Shown here: piece by piece, positions 1 through 9,470 of the stretch
How the letters are laid out: every line of letters begins with the position of its first letter
Numbering within the stretch: the stretch's first letter is position 1
Source of the DNA: an uncultured Verrucomicrobia subdivision 3 bacterium
GTDB lineage: Bacteria; Verrucomicrobiota; Verrucomicrobiia; Limisphaerales; UBA8199
NCBI GenBank assembly: GCA_903913865.1
Contig: CAIWMU010000214.1
Location: 69,386 to 133,385, forward strand
DNA length: 64,000 bases
Direction of reading: 5' to 3'
Position numbers and translations under genes: made by a program
The notes under the pieces: generated by a model
Seen by the model: the letters and a program-made list of their open reading frames with translations, nothing else
Told to the model about the DNA's origin: nothing
Databases searched by the model: none

Positions 1-607
1 ATTTGCCCTTCTGTTTGCTCCGGGCTTCTCCACTGCTGAATCCATCACCGACATTTCGGGTCGGGGAGTCGGCATGGATGTCGTCAAGCGAAACGTCGAC
101 AAGCTCCGGGGAAAAATCGAAATCGAATCCGTCCCGCAACGCGGATCCACCTTCACCATCTACCTCCCGTTGACCCTTGCCATCATCGATGGCCTTCTGG
201 TCAGCGTCGGCCGCGAGCGGTTCATCCTCCCCACCCTCTCCGTCCGCGAATCATTCCGACCAACCGCCGACATGATCTCCAGCGTCTGTGGCCGGGGCGA
301 GATGGTGACGGTCAGGGGCCAGATCCGCCCACTGCTCCGCCTGCACCAGTATTTCAATCTTCAACCTGATACCACCGACCCCACCCAGGCCATTGTCATC
401 GTGGTCCAGTCCGAAGGTCAGGACCGCTGCCTTCTTGTGGATCGGCTCTTGGCCAAACAGGAGGTCGTCATCAAGGGTCTCGGAGAAACCTTCAAGAACT
501 CCCGGGGACTCACCGGGGCCGCAATCCTTGGCGACGGTCGCGTCGGCCTCATTCTGGATGTCAATTCACTCGTCGCCCTGAAAGATTCCGCCAGCCTTCA
601 GGAATAG
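1..607 (+). CDS. cheA: Chemotaxis histidine kinase CheA, C-terminal fragment (CDS starts upstream of the window)
   Basis: Frame 2 is open from base 2 (..GFSTAESITDISGRGVGMDVVKRNV..). HATPase G2/lid region (GSTFTIYLPLTLAI) is followed by a CheW-like P5 domain (RCLLVDRLLAKQEVVIK, GDGRVGLILDV). Confidence 0.9.
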   Translation, partial: FALLFAPGFSTAESITDISGRGVGMDVVKRNVDKLRGKIEIESVPQRGSTFTIYLPLTLAIIDGLLVSVGRERFILPTLSVRESFRPTADMISSVCGRGEMVTVRGQIRPLLRLHQYFNLQPDTTDPTQAIVIVVQSEGQDRCLLVDRLLAKQEVVIKGLGETFKNSRGLTGAAILGDGRVGLILDVNSLVALKDSASLQE

Positions 608-639
608 CCACCAAACCCCATAGCCTCGGAAGCAAAAAC

Positions 640-1119
640 ATGTCCACCGCCATTATCACCCCCACCGAATCCTCCACGCACCCCACTGCGGGCAAATACC
701 TCAGCTTCCTCCTGGGCAATGAATCCTACGGGATCGATGTTCTCAAAATCCGTGAAATCATCCGGATGGTGGATATCACCTCGGTCCCGCAGATGCCCGC
801 ATACATAAAAGGCGTGATCAACCTGCGTGGCAAAATCATCCCGGTTGTCGATCTGCGCATCCGCTTCGGCTTTCCAAACTGCGAGACCACCGAACGCACC
901 TGCATCGTTGTGGTCCAGGTTCGAACCCCGCAGAACATCACCATCCAAATGGGCCTCATCGTGGATGCCGTTGAGGAAGTCCTCAATATCGTAGCCGGTG
1001 ATCTTGAGGAAACCCCCGATTTCGGCACCCAGCTCGACACCGAATACCTGACCGGCATGGCAAAAGTCAAAGGCCGCGTCACCTCCCTCCTCGACATCGA
1101 CCGTGTCATCATAAGTTAG
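640..1119 (+). CDS. cheW: Chemotaxis coupling protein CheW
   Basis: 159-aa single CheW-like domain (YLSFLLGNESYGIDVLKIREI, INLRGKIIPVVDLR, KGRVTSLLDIDRV). Starts 33 nt after the cheA stop. Confidence 0.9.
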   Translation: MSTAIITPTESSTHPTAGKYLSFLLGNESYGIDVLKIREIIRMVDITSVPQMPAYIKGVINLRGKIIPVVDLRIRFGFPNCETTERTCIVVVQVRTPQNITIQMGLIVDAVEEVLNIVAGDLEETPDFGTQLDTEYLTGMAKVKGRVTSLLDIDRVIIS

Positions 1120-1134
1120 TCCTCCCTCCCCTTA

Positions 1135-1194
1135 GAAAGGGGTCAGTCCTCACTTTTGACAGTAACTGTCAAAAGTGAGAACTGACCCCTTTTC
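1135..1194 (+). terminator. Long hairpin (about 29-bp stem, one mismatch) followed by TTTTC; probable intrinsic terminator of the che unit
   Basis: GAAAGGGGTCAGTCCTCACTTTTGACAGT / ACTGTCAAAAGTGAGAACTGACCCCTTTTC read directly from the sequence. Lies 16 nt after the cheW stop. Confidence 0.5.
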
Positions 1195-1292
1195 TGTCAA
1201 CATTTGCCGCCCCGGTTGTGGGGGTGGGAAAGTTTTTCCCACCCAACCGGATTTTCACCTACAAATTGATATTCTGTTGTCTGCACCAAGGT

Positions 1293-1308
1293 TGGCACTC
1301 CCGCTGCT
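1293..1308 (+). promoter_or_regulatory. Candidate sigma54 (-24/-12) promoter upstream of flgB
   Basis: TGGCAC-tcccg-CTGCT has GG-N10-GC spacing. It ends 22 nt before the flgB ATG and has the same architecture as the elements at 19225 and 22295. Confidence 0.4.
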
Positions 1309-1330
1309 CTGCAGTAGCCAGAGAACCAAA

Positions 1331-1711
1331 ATGGTCGACGCGATATTTAATCAGGCGGGATATGCGGGGGCAAAAAAGATGCTCGATGCCACAGTGCTGC
1401 GGCATTCGGCCATCGCACAGAACCTCGCCAATCTCGAAACACCCAACTACCGCCGCGTGGATTTGAACCCAAGCTTTCAGGCGGAGTTCGCCAAAGCGAT
1501 CAAAAGTGACGGCGGAGTCGATCTCGCACGGGTTCAACCGACCCTCATGGAGGACATGAATGCCGTGGCCTCCACTCGGGATGGCAACACGGTAAGGTTG
1601 GAGGATGAGATGCTGAACCTGTCCCAAAACACTCTGCAGCACGGGTTTGAAATCCAGATGGTGAGTGGTGCGCTGCTTAAACTGCGCCTGGCCATCACCG
1701 GAAAGGCCTGA
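1331..1711 (+). CDS. flgB: Flagellar basal-body rod protein FlgB
   Basis: The ORF in the track starts at 1175, but the FlgB-like sequence starts at the internal ATG 1331 (MVDAIFNQ..AIAQNLANLETPNYRRVDL). The rod-protein N-terminal motif is present. ATG 1379 is an alternative start. Confidence 0.88.
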   Translation: MVDAIFNQAGYAGAKKMLDATVLRHSAIAQNLANLETPNYRRVDLNPSFQAEFAKAIKSDGGVDLARVQPTLMEDMNAVASTRDGNTVRLEDEMLNLSQNTLQHGFEIQMVSGALLKLRLAITGKA

Positions 1712-1716
1712 CGATC

Positions 1717-2145
1717 ATGCTGAACTTACTAACAGGGGCCACCAGCACGGTGGCGGCGCTGAACGCCGAAAGGTTGCGTCTGGAGGTCATCACCCAGAAC
1801 ATCGCCAATGCAAACACCACCCGCGGGCTGGATGGCAAACCCTACCAACGGCAGCAGGTGGCCTTCGAATCGGCGCTGAGAGGCGCATTCGCCAATCCGA
1901 ACGAAGTGGAGGGCAACGGGCCCACAGTCCGCGAGGTAAAACCCGATACCAGAGCGGGACGCACTGTTTACCAGCCGGGCCATCCCCATGCGAACGCTGA
2001 CGGAATGCTCCAACTGCCAAACGTGAACATCCACGAGGAAATGGCGGACATGATCGTCGCCTCCCGCACTTTTGAGGCCAACCTGGCTGTAATCAAGAAC
2101 AGCCGGCAACTGGCCACACTCACCATGTCCATCGGAAAACGCTGA
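1717..2145 (+). CDS. flgC: Flagellar basal-body rod protein FlgC
   Basis: LEVITQNIANANTTR N-motif and C-terminal EEMADMIVASRTFEANLAVIK. Confidence 0.92.
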   Translation: MLNLLTGATSTVAALNAERLRLEVITQNIANANTTRGLDGKPYQRQQVAFESALRGAFANPNEVEGNGPTVREVKPDTRAGRTVYQPGHPHANADGMLQLPNVNIHEEMADMIVASRTFEANLAVIKNSRQLATLTMSIGKR

Positions 2146-2166
2146 ACACCGGCCCGCCCCTAATAG

Positions 2167-2538
2167 ATGAACCCCCTTTCCGCAATCCGCCAGTATGTGA
2201 CCCAACTGCCTCCGGCTGTCGGCCCGGCAAAGGCGGGCGGTCTCATCCCGGCCGGGGAATTGCAGGATCTGACGGCAAGTCAGGGAATTCAGGCGGGTGG
2301 AACGAAGCCCGCCGGGGAGGCATCCTTCTCGAACGTCCTCAGCCAGATGGTCGGAGAGGTGAATGCCAAGCAGAGCACCGCCTCCCAGACCGTTCAGGAT
2401 CTCCAGGCAGGCAATAACGTCTCGCTCCACCAGGCAATGATTGCCATGGAAGAGGCCAGCGTCTCTTTTCAACTGATGGTGGAAGTCCGCAATCGCCTCC
2501 TGGAATCCTATCAGGAACTGATGCGGATGCAGGTTTGA
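2167..2538 (+). CDS. fliE: Flagellar hook-basal body complex protein FliE
   Basis: FSNVLSQMVGEVNAKQ...VSLHQAMIAMEEASVSFQLMVEVRNRLLESYQELMRMQV is the typical FliE C-terminus. Confidence 0.9.
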   Translation: MNPLSAIRQYVTQLPPAVGPAKAGGLIPAGELQDLTASQGIQAGGTKPAGEASFSNVLSQMVGEVNAKQSTASQTVQDLQAGNNVSLHQAMIAMEEASVSFQLMVEVRNRLLESYQELMRMQV

Positions 2539-2551
2539 ACATTTTTAACCC

Positions 2552-4201
2552 ATGAACCGCAATCTGTCACAGCTCGGATCCCAGCTCCTGGCAACCTGGA
2601 AGCAGCTCGGCCTGAACCAGCGTATCAGCCTTGTTCTGGCGTCCAGCGTCGTCATAGGGGGTGTCATAGCCCTGATGGCGTGGTCCGGCCGGGCCGATTA
2701 CGCGCTCCTCTACGGCAAACTCTCGGATACCGAGGCCGCCCGCGTTGTTTCAGCACTGGACGACACCAAAACCCCCTACAAGGCCACCGGCGGCTCGATC
2801 TATGTCCCGGCTGACAAGGTTCACCTGCTCCGAATGCAACTCGCTGGCAAGGGCATCCCCCGGGGCGAAGGTGTTGGATTTGAGATTTTCGACAAACCGA
2901 ACTTCGGGATCTCCGACTTTGTGCAACGGGCCAATTATATTCGTGCCATTCAGGGGGAACTCTCCCGGACAGTCTCGCAACTCGATGAAATTGAGCAGGC
3001 ACGGGTAATGGTGGTTCTGCCTGAGAACCGGCTGCTGGTGGATAAAGACCGTCACCCCACCGCCTCGGTGTTTGTGAGAGTGCGCGGCAACTCCGTGCTT
3101 CCCGCCCAATCAGTGAATTCGATCCGCTTTCTCGTGGCCAACGCGGTTGAGGGCCTGAAGCCCGGCTATGTAAGCGTTGTAGACAATCAGGGCAATGTCC
3201 TGTCGGAAAACGGCGATGATGACTCAATCAGCGGCATTTCGAGTGCGCAGTTTGGTGCCCGGCGTAATCTTGAACAATATCTCGCAAAAAAGGTTGAAGG
3301 CATGCTCGAGAAAGTCCTTGGCCCGGGCCAGGCGATCGTTCGCGTCGCAGCAGAGGTCAATTACGATACAACGAGCACGGTTGAGGAAAAGTTCGATCCC
3401 GAAGGCCAGGTGATCCGCAGCGAAACCAAGAACGACGAGAATGTGGATACAAGCCGCAGTTCTGCTGGTGATGTCGTGGGAACAGCGGTGAACACTAGTG
3501 CCCTGTCGAACGCGCCGAGCGCCAACAACCCGGTCAACAGCGTCCGGAACCAAAAGGCCGTCACGAAGGTTGAATACGATGTCAGCAAGACCACGAGCAA
3601 CACCTTCCGTGGAGGTGGCGGTGTCAAACGGATCTCGGCTGCCGTCTCCGTCGCCGCCCGCTACGAGGGCACAGGCAGCGCACGAAAGCCCGCCCCGCGC
3701 GCACCCGAGGATCTGGAAAAGCTCCGCCGGATGGTCGCTGGTGCCCTGGGTGCCGACACTGTTCGCGGCGATCTGGTCAGCCTTGAGGAACTTCCCTTCA
3801 ACACTGATGTGGCCACCGAAATCACCCGCCAGTTCCAGCAGGACGAGAAATGGCAATACTGGCTGGCGGCTGCCCGTTCGCTCGGCTATCCAGCATTGGC
3901 GGTTGCCGTCATGATTTTTCTGGTGCGACTGATGAAGCGCACGCCCGTTGACCAGATCCCGATCGGAATCCCACTTGCCCAGTTCGCCGGTCGCGGAGGC
4001 AACGGGAACGGAAACGGTCATGGAAACGGCAGGGGGAACGGCCACGGCCTCGACTGGTTCAAGCCACCCCAACGCGAGACGGTGAGCGTCGAGGTTCTCA
4101 ACCAGCTCGTTAAAGAAAACCCCGGCAATATGACCCAGGCCATCCGGAACTGGATGGCCACCAGCGCCACCACTGAGACCCCACGCAATGACGCCTCCTG
4201 A
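2552..4201 (+). CDS. fliF: Flagellar M-ring protein FliF
   Basis: N-terminal TM segment and YscJ/FliF domain (YALLYGKLSDTEAARVVSALD.., IYVPADKVHLLRMQLAGKGIP). Second TM near the C-terminus. Position between fliE and fliG. Confidence 0.93.
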   Translation: MNRNLSQLGSQLLATWKQLGLNQRISLVLASSVVIGGVIALMAWSGRADYALLYGKLSDTEAARVVSALDDTKTPYKATGGSIYVPADKVHLLRMQLAGKGIPRGEGVGFEIFDKPNFGISDFVQRANYIRAIQGELSRTVSQLDEIEQARVMVVLPENRLLVDKDRHPTASVFVRVRGNSVLPAQSVNSIRFLVANAVEGLKPGYVSVVDNQGNVLSENGDDDSISGISSAQFGARRNLEQYLAKKVEGMLEKVLGPGQAIVRVAAEVNYDTTSTVEEKFDPEGQVIRSETKNDENVDTSRSSAGDVVGTAVNTSALSNAPSANNPVNSVRNQKAVTKVEYDVSKTTSNTFRGGGGVKRISAAVSVAARYEGTGSARKPAPRAPEDLEKLRRMVAGALGADTVRGDLVSLEELPFNTDVATEITRQFQQDEKWQYWLAAARSLGYPALAVAVMIFLVRLMKRTPVDQIPIGIPLAQFAGRGGNGNGNGHGNGRGNGHGLDWFKPPQRETVSVEVLNQLVKENPGNMTQAIRNWMATSATTETPRNDAS

Positions 4202-5243
4202 TACGGACCCGAAGGCAGCCACGAGCGAATACTCGCGGCTGTCCAAGATACAGAAACTGGCCATCCTTCTGGTGATGCTTGGGCCGGACAACGCCTCCAC
4301 AGTTCTCAAGCGCTTTGACCTGCAGGAAGTCGAGGCCATCTCCACGGAAATGGCCAAAATGCCAATGATAAGCGAGGAAGTGCAACATGAGCTGCTGATG
4401 GAATTTTCAGAGGTCGCTGTGCAGGCAGGGGCCTCCCTCACCGCCGGACTGGATGTCGCGCGGGCCACTCTGGAGAAGGCCGTCGGCCTCTTCAAAGCCA
4501 CGGAAATCATCGGCCGTGTTTCTCCAACGCGGACTCCCGTCGCCGCCATGCAGGAGGTGGTGGACATGGAACCGCGGCAGATCTTCAACCTCATCCGGGA
4601 CGAGCAACCCCAGACAGTGGCGCTTGTCCTGAGCTATGTGGGCACCGAGAAGGCGGCAGAATGCCTCACCTACTTCCATTCAGATCTGCGCGACCGGATT
4701 CTGGAGCGCATCGCCAGCCTTGCACCAACACCGATCGAAGTCGTTGAAACCGTGGTTCGGGTGCTTGTCAGTAAACGGGGATCCAACCAGACCCGTGCCC
4801 TGAACCAGACCGGCGGCGTCAAGACTGCAGCCGATCTGCTCAACGCGATGGACAAAAACACCGGCAAGTCGCTGCTCGCCGCCATCGAGGAACGTAATGC
4901 CGAACTCGGCATGGCCATCCGGCAAAAAATGTTCACGTTCGAGGACCTCATCCGCCTGGATCAGGTTGCCCTCCAGCGTATCCTCCGGGAAGTCGATTTG
5001 CGCGATCTTGCCATTGCCCTCAAGACCGCAAGCGAAACTCTCAAGCTGTCACTCCTGGGCTGCATCTCGAAGCGCGCTGCCGAAACGGTCCAGGAGGAAA
5101 TCGCCTTCATGGGACCGATAAAGCTGAGGGACATAGAAGGCGCACAGATCAAGATCATCGAGGCGGTCCGCAAACTGGAAACCGACGGGGAGGTCGATCT
5201 GGGCGAAGTCAACAGGAGGGGAGGGCGCTATGCGATGGGGTGA
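4188..5243 (+). CDS. fliG: Flagellar motor switch protein FliG
   Basis: KLAILLVMLGPDNASTVLKRF.., MFTFEDLIRLDQVALQRILREVD, and C-terminal torque-helix region. Overlaps the fliF end. Confidence 0.93.
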   Translation: MTPPDTDPKAATSEYSRLSKIQKLAILLVMLGPDNASTVLKRFDLQEVEAISTEMAKMPMISEEVQHELLMEFSEVAVQAGASLTAGLDVARATLEKAVGLFKATEIIGRVSPTRTPVAAMQEVVDMEPRQIFNLIRDEQPQTVALVLSYVGTEKAAECLTYFHSDLRDRILERIASLAPTPIEVVETVVRVLVSKRGSNQTRALNQTGGVKTAADLLNAMDKNTGKSLLAAIEERNAELGMAIRQKMFTFEDLIRLDQVALQRILREVDLRDLAIALKTASETLKLSLLGCISKRAAETVQEEIAFMGPIKLRDIEGAQIKIIEAVRKLETDGEVDLGEVNRRGGRYAMG

Positions 5244-5805
5244 AAAAATCCATCTGCATGCCCCGCTGAAAGGGGCCCAACTCACAAGCATGGAATCCCT
5301 GCCCATGACCCAGGTGATTCTCCGTGAGAATGGCGCCTTTGCCCGGGGCACCATGGAGGGGGAACGCCGCCTGAGCGAACAGTTGATTGAGCAGCGTAAC
5401 CAGTTGATGGAGCTCCAAAACGGTGTCCTCGCCTCTCTTCAGGCTGCTGTCGCCGATGTTATGCGCCAATCGGAGCAGGCCATGGTTCAACTCGCACTCA
5501 CAATTGCCGAGAAACTTGTGGGTTCCATCCCGATCTCCCCGGAAATCGTCGCATCCTCCGTCCGCTCCGCTCTCGCCGATGCCGGTGAGGCTACTGAATT
5601 TCAGATCAAGTTGAATCCAGAAGACATCGCCCTCCTGAAGGAGACAGGGTCTCCCCTGCTCGAACCCGGACCTGGAACGACATTCCATCTTGAAGCCTCG
5701 TCGGCAATCAGCCGTGGTGGCTGCATGGTAGTCACCAAATTTGGCATCATCGACGCCAGACGTGAGACCCGTCAGACACGCATCGCGGAGGCCTTGGCCC
5801 CATGA
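5230..5805 (+). CDS. fliH: Flagellar export-apparatus protein FliH
   Basis: C-terminal FliH/YscL-like region (KLNPEDIALL...SRGGCMVVTKFGIIDARRETRQTRIAEAL). Lies between fliG and fliI. Exact start uncertain. Confidence 0.7.
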   Translation: MRWGEKIHLHAPLKGAQLTSMESLPMTQVILRENGAFARGTMEGERRLSEQLIEQRNQLMELQNGVLASLQAAVADVMRQSEQAMVQLALTIAEKLVGSIPISPEIVASSVRSALADAGEATEFQIKLNPEDIALLKETGSPLLEPGPGTTFHLEASSAISRGGCMVVTKFGIIDARRETRQTRIAEALAP

Positions 5806-7178
5806 GCAGGGCCCTGCATCAAGTCCCCGGCTCCATCCTGAAAGAAGCACTCTTTCGGGTTCAGTCAGTCCGCCCGAATGTTGCCCGGGGACGCGTGGTT
5901 CAGGTCACCGGTTTGGTGATAGAATCCGAGGGCCCGCTCGCCGCCATTGGCGAGGTGTGTCGCATCGAATCAGGCGTTGGCGAGGCACCCATGCTCGCGG
6001 AGGTTGTCGGCTTCAGGAGCCACCATCTCCTCCTCATGGCCCTTGGTGAGATTCGCGGCATCCACCCGGGCAGCACCGTCGTTGCGCTGCGACGCCCCCT
6101 TCAAGCCCGCATTGATGACAGCATCAAAGGCAGGGTCATCGATGGTTTGGGCAATCCGCTGGACGATCTCGGGCCGCTCACCGGCTCCCACACCATCGGC
6201 CTCGGAATGCAGCCACCCCACCCCTTGAAACGGCAGCGCATCCAGCAGGTCTTCCGCACCGGCGTCAAAGCCATTGATTCCTTCATACCCTGTGGCCGGG
6301 GGCAGCGGCTCGGCATTTTCGCAGGCAGCGGCGTGGGCAAATCCACCCTGCTGGGCATGATGGCCAGCCAGGCAGAGGCCGACGTCAACGTCATCGCACT
6401 CATCGGCGAGCGTGGTCGTGAAGTGCGGGAATTCCTTGAAAAGGACCTGGATGATCATGGCCGCAAAAAATCGGTCATCGTCACCGTGACATCCAACGAG
6501 CCACCTCTGCTCCGCCTGAAGGGGGCCCTTCTGGCCATGGCCATCGCCGAATACTTCCGCGATGCAGGCCAGAATGTGCTTCTGATGATGGATTCTGTGA
6601 CACGCTTTGCCATGGCGCAACGGGAGATCGGCCTCGCGATTGGCGAACCACCCGCCACCCGTGGTTACACCCCCTCAGTTTTCGCGCTCCTGCCCCAGTT
6701 ACTCGAGCGGGCCGGCGCAGGGGAAAAGGGATTCATCACGGGCCTCTTCACGGTCCTGGTTGAGGCAGATGACATGAACGATCCGATTGCGGATTCCGTC
6801 CGCTCAATCCTGGACGGCCATATCGTTCTCAGCCGTGAGCTGGCCACAAGAAACCACTACCCGGCCATCGATGTTCTCGAGAGTGTCAGCCGTCTCAACC
6901 GTGACCTGTTGAGCCGGGAACAGCTCGCACTGACGGGACGCGCACGGGAACATCTGGCGGTGCATCGCAAGAATCAGGATCTGATCAGCATCGGAGCCTA
7001 CCCGGCCGGTAGCAGCCCTGCAATTGATGAGGCAATCCGGCTTGATGAACCGCTCAAACGGTATCTCACACAGGACATCCGCGAGGAGGTGACACTGAAC
7101 GAATGCTGGGCATCCCTCGCTGAGCTGCTGATCAAACCCCCGGCTCCCAAACCCGCCCAAAAACCTGCAAGGCCATGA
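5802..7178 (+). CDS. fliI: Flagellum-specific ATPase FliI
   Basis: Walker A GIFAGSGVGKSTLLGMM, Walker B VLLMMDSVTRFA, F1/T3SS ATPase architecture. Confidence 0.95.
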   Translation: MSRALHQVPGSILKEALFRVQSVRPNVARGRVVQVTGLVIESEGPLAAIGEVCRIESGVGEAPMLAEVVGFRSHHLLLMALGEIRGIHPGSTVVALRRPLQARIDDSIKGRVIDGLGNPLDDLGPLTGSHTIGLGMQPPHPLKRQRIQQVFRTGVKAIDSFIPCGRGQRLGIFAGSGVGKSTLLGMMASQAEADVNVIALIGERGREVREFLEKDLDDHGRKKSVIVTVTSNEPPLLRLKGALLAMAIAEYFRDAGQNVLLMMDSVTRFAMAQREIGLAIGEPPATRGYTPSVFALLPQLLERAGAGEKGFITGLFTVLVEADDMNDPIADSVRSILDGHIVLSRELATRNHYPAIDVLESVSRLNRDLLSREQLALTGRAREHLAVHRKNQDLISIGAYPAGSSPAIDEAIRLDEPLKRYLTQDIREEVTLNECWASLAELLIKPPAPKPAQKPARP

Positions 7179-7648
7179 AGCAATTTCGTTTTACACTGAG
7201 GTCCATTCTAAAGCTCAGGGAAGACCGCGAGGAGGAGGCTGAACGGCACTATGGCCGCACTCTCCACAGCCTGGAGGTTGCAAAGCAGCAGGTCGCCCAG
7301 GCAAATAGTGAACTGGATACCTGCTGGCAGGGCACTCTGAGTGCTGCCGCTGCCGGATGCCAGGCATGGCACTTGGATCACAACCGGCTTTACGCCCACG
7401 ACCTCAGGCAGAAGATCGTTCAACTTGAAATCCGCCAGAATGAGGCAGCCGCAGCCGCTCAGGCAGCCCTCGGCGCCCTGCAGATGGCACGCCAGAAACG
7501 TGAGATCCTGGAAAAACTGCAGGACCGCCGCAAACAGGATTACCTGACCGCCACCGCCCGCAGCCTCCAGAATCAACTCGATGATCGGGTCTCCGCCACC
7601 TTCGGCCGACCCACCGCTCTCACCCACCAAGCCTCCTCATACCCATGA
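7175..7648 (+). CDS. fliJ: Flagellar export chaperone-like stalk protein FliJ
   Basis: 157-aa coiled-coil protein (FRFTLRSILKLREDREEEAERHY..). ATGA overlap with fliI; canonical position. Confidence 0.7.
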   Translation: MKQFRFTLRSILKLREDREEEAERHYGRTLHSLEVAKQQVAQANSELDTCWQGTLSAAAAGCQAWHLDHNRLYAHDLRQKIVQLEIRQNEAAAAAQAALGALQMARQKREILEKLQDRRKQDYLTATARSLQNQLDDRVSATFGRPTALTHQASSYP

Positions 7649-8262
7649 TGCGATTCCTCACATCCCCATGGTTCGGTGCAGCCACCTGCTTCCTGACCTT
7701 CTCCACCTGCGTCTGGATCTTTTTGAATCCCCAAAAGAACTTCCATCCCCCTCCGGCTGCCGCAAAGTCAGCCACCAGTCACAAGATGGTCCCCTCGTGG
7801 GAATACAAAAACCCTGAGCTGGATCAACTCCTAACCGAGGCACGCGCTGAGCGGGAAGCCCTCCGGGTTCGCGCTCAGGATCTCGCAACACTCGAAGCAC
7901 GCCTCAAAGCCGAGTGGCAGGAGATCACCGTCGTCACCCAGACGGTTGCGCGGCTTCAGGCCCAATTGGACCGCACCGTTACATGTGTCCAGCAGGAGGA
8001 GGCCACCAATCTAAAGCGCCTGGGCAAGATGTATTCCACCATGAAGCCGGATGCCGCCGCCAAACTTCTGGCGGAACTTGAGGATGGTCAGGCCATTCGA
8101 ATCCTGACCATGATGAAAGACACGGAGTCAGCCCTCATCCTTGAGAGTTTTGCAAAGACGGATCAGGCCAGCCTAAAGAGGGCGGCCAAACTCTCCTACC
8201 GATTGCGGCTCACCCTCCCTCCCGGCGCACTCGAAAAAACACTTCCTGTGGGAAAATCATGA
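7645..8262 (+). CDS. YlxF/MotE/FlbB-like flagellar protein (N-terminal TM, coiled coil, MgtE_N-like repeat)
   Basis: KMYSTMKPDAAAKLLAELEDGQAIRILTMMKDTESALILESFAK resembles the MgtE-N/MotE motif. Occupies the ylxF slot between fliJ and fliK. Confidence 0.6.
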   Translation: MMRFLTSPWFGAATCFLTFSTCVWIFLNPQKNFHPPPAAAKSATSHKMVPSWEYKNPELDQLLTEARAEREALRVRAQDLATLEARLKAEWQEITVVTQTVARLQAQLDRTVTCVQQEEATNLKRLGKMYSTMKPDAAAKLLAELEDGQAIRILTMMKDTESALILESFAKTDQASLKRAAKLSYRLRLTLPPGALEKTLPVGKS

Positions 8263-9458
8263 ACGTATCAGGCCTCCCCTCCAACACGGCCACACAATCC
8301 GACCACACCCAGCCAACCCCAAACCCCAACGCAGAACTGCCCAGTTTTGCTGACTTTATCGATATCGCCGTGGCGCCCTCGAAAGATCGCTCCACGGATA
8401 ACGACCCTGATGATCTGGAGGAGGAGGAGGAAAAACACACACAAGCTGGAGACTGCCTCGATCCGATCCGCCTTCTCTGCACCCTCCCCCCGCCTCCGCC
8501 CGTTGTCCCGCAATCTCCCCAAGCCGCATCCCCCGCCCCCCGACAACCCACCATCCTTGAACAGGCCCCCAAGGAGGAGGCTGACAGCGCGACAAAGGAG
8601 GAACCCCCAACCGCAGCACCCTCCCCGGTCACCAACCCGGCCAGCCAAAAGAAACTGGAGGCCCCACCCGGTCCGGTGGTCCCCCAAAACACCGCCAAAG
8701 AGCCGCCACCAACTGCATCCCCTCCAACCAGCCAATCCTCTGTTGAGAACCAGCCCCCCCTCCCGGAGCCACCGCCAGCGCCACCGATTGATGGCATGGG
8801 GATTGCTCAATCAGGAGTAGCTGTGAAATTGATGCAACAACTGGACGAAACTACCCTGTCGGGGCAGAAAAATCTGCCGACAGCCCTGTTTCTCGGGGAG
8901 GCAAGCCGCAAAGCCGCCCGACTGGCCGATGTTTCGAGCCCGTTTGTGGCCGCAAGCCTGACCTCTGGAACCGGCACCACCCCCCAGGAAACCCCTGAGG
9001 TGATCCCCGCAGCCCTGACATCCCTCCATCGTGTGGAACAGTTGGAAAAACTGCATGCCACCGCCACCGATTGTGCCCTGCTGCTAAGGCAGACAGGAAA
9101 AGAATCCGTTTCGGTGGTCATCAAGCCGGATGCGGGAACCGAGTTGCAACTGCATCTCAGGATGCGGGATGGCATTGTGGAAGCCACCGCCGAGATGCAC
9201 AAAGGGAGTTCAGCCGCCCTCGAAGCTGGCTGGAAGGAACTTCAACAGCGTCTGGAACGTCAGGGCATTCAGATCGCCCCCTTGGAAAACTCCCAGTCGT
9301 TCACGACGGGTGAGCGCGGAGAACACAAGCCGCAACGTCAGGACTCCACAGAGGTGGATCGATCCCTTCCCCTAAACCACCCGACACGCCACACCCAAGC
9401 CGGAGCCAGAAACCCGCAACCCGCCCCGACCAATCGCTCTTGCGAATACTGGGCCTGA
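8259..9458 (+). CDS. fliK: Flagellar hook-length control protein FliK
   Basis: Pro-rich central region. C-terminal Flg_hook-like block (VSVVIKPDAGTELQLHLRMRDGIVEATAEMH..AALEAGWKELQQRLERQGIQI). Position before flgD. Confidence 0.75.
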   Translation: MNVSGLPSNTATQSDHTQPTPNPNAELPSFADFIDIAVAPSKDRSTDNDPDDLEEEEEKHTQAGDCLDPIRLLCTLPPPPPVVPQSPQAASPAPRQPTILEQAPKEEADSATKEEPPTAAPSPVTNPASQKKLEAPPGPVVPQNTAKEPPPTASPPTSQSSVENQPPLPEPPPAPPIDGMGIAQSGVAVKLMQQLDETTLSGQKNLPTALFLGEASRKAARLADVSSPFVAASLTSGTGTTPQETPEVIPAALTSLHRVEQLEKLHATATDCALLLRQTGKESVSVVIKPDAGTELQLHLRMRDGIVEATAEMHKGSSAALEAGWKELQQRLERQGIQIAPLENSQSFTTGERGEHKPQRQDSTEVDRSLPLNHPTRHTQAGARNPQPAPTNRSCEYWA

Positions 9459-9470
9459 ACCAGCCAATTT

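Noticed and set aside
1175-1330. N-terminal extension of the flgB ORF (start at 1175).
   Set aside because: The extension runs through the terminator hairpin and the sigma54-like element, and its sequence is not FlgB-like. The internal ATG 1331 (or 1379) fits the family N-terminus.
3224-4594. 456-aa reverse-strand ORF inside fliF/fliG. The same applies to 13823-14854(-), 15833-16870(-), 16964-17752(-), 46996-48483(+), 51071-52693(+) and 40595-42138(+).
   Set aside because: These lie antisense to, or out of frame with, strongly supported genes. Their composition is Arg/Gly/Pro-rich and low-complexity, as is typical of shadow ORFs in high-GC DNA, and they contain no recognisable motifs.
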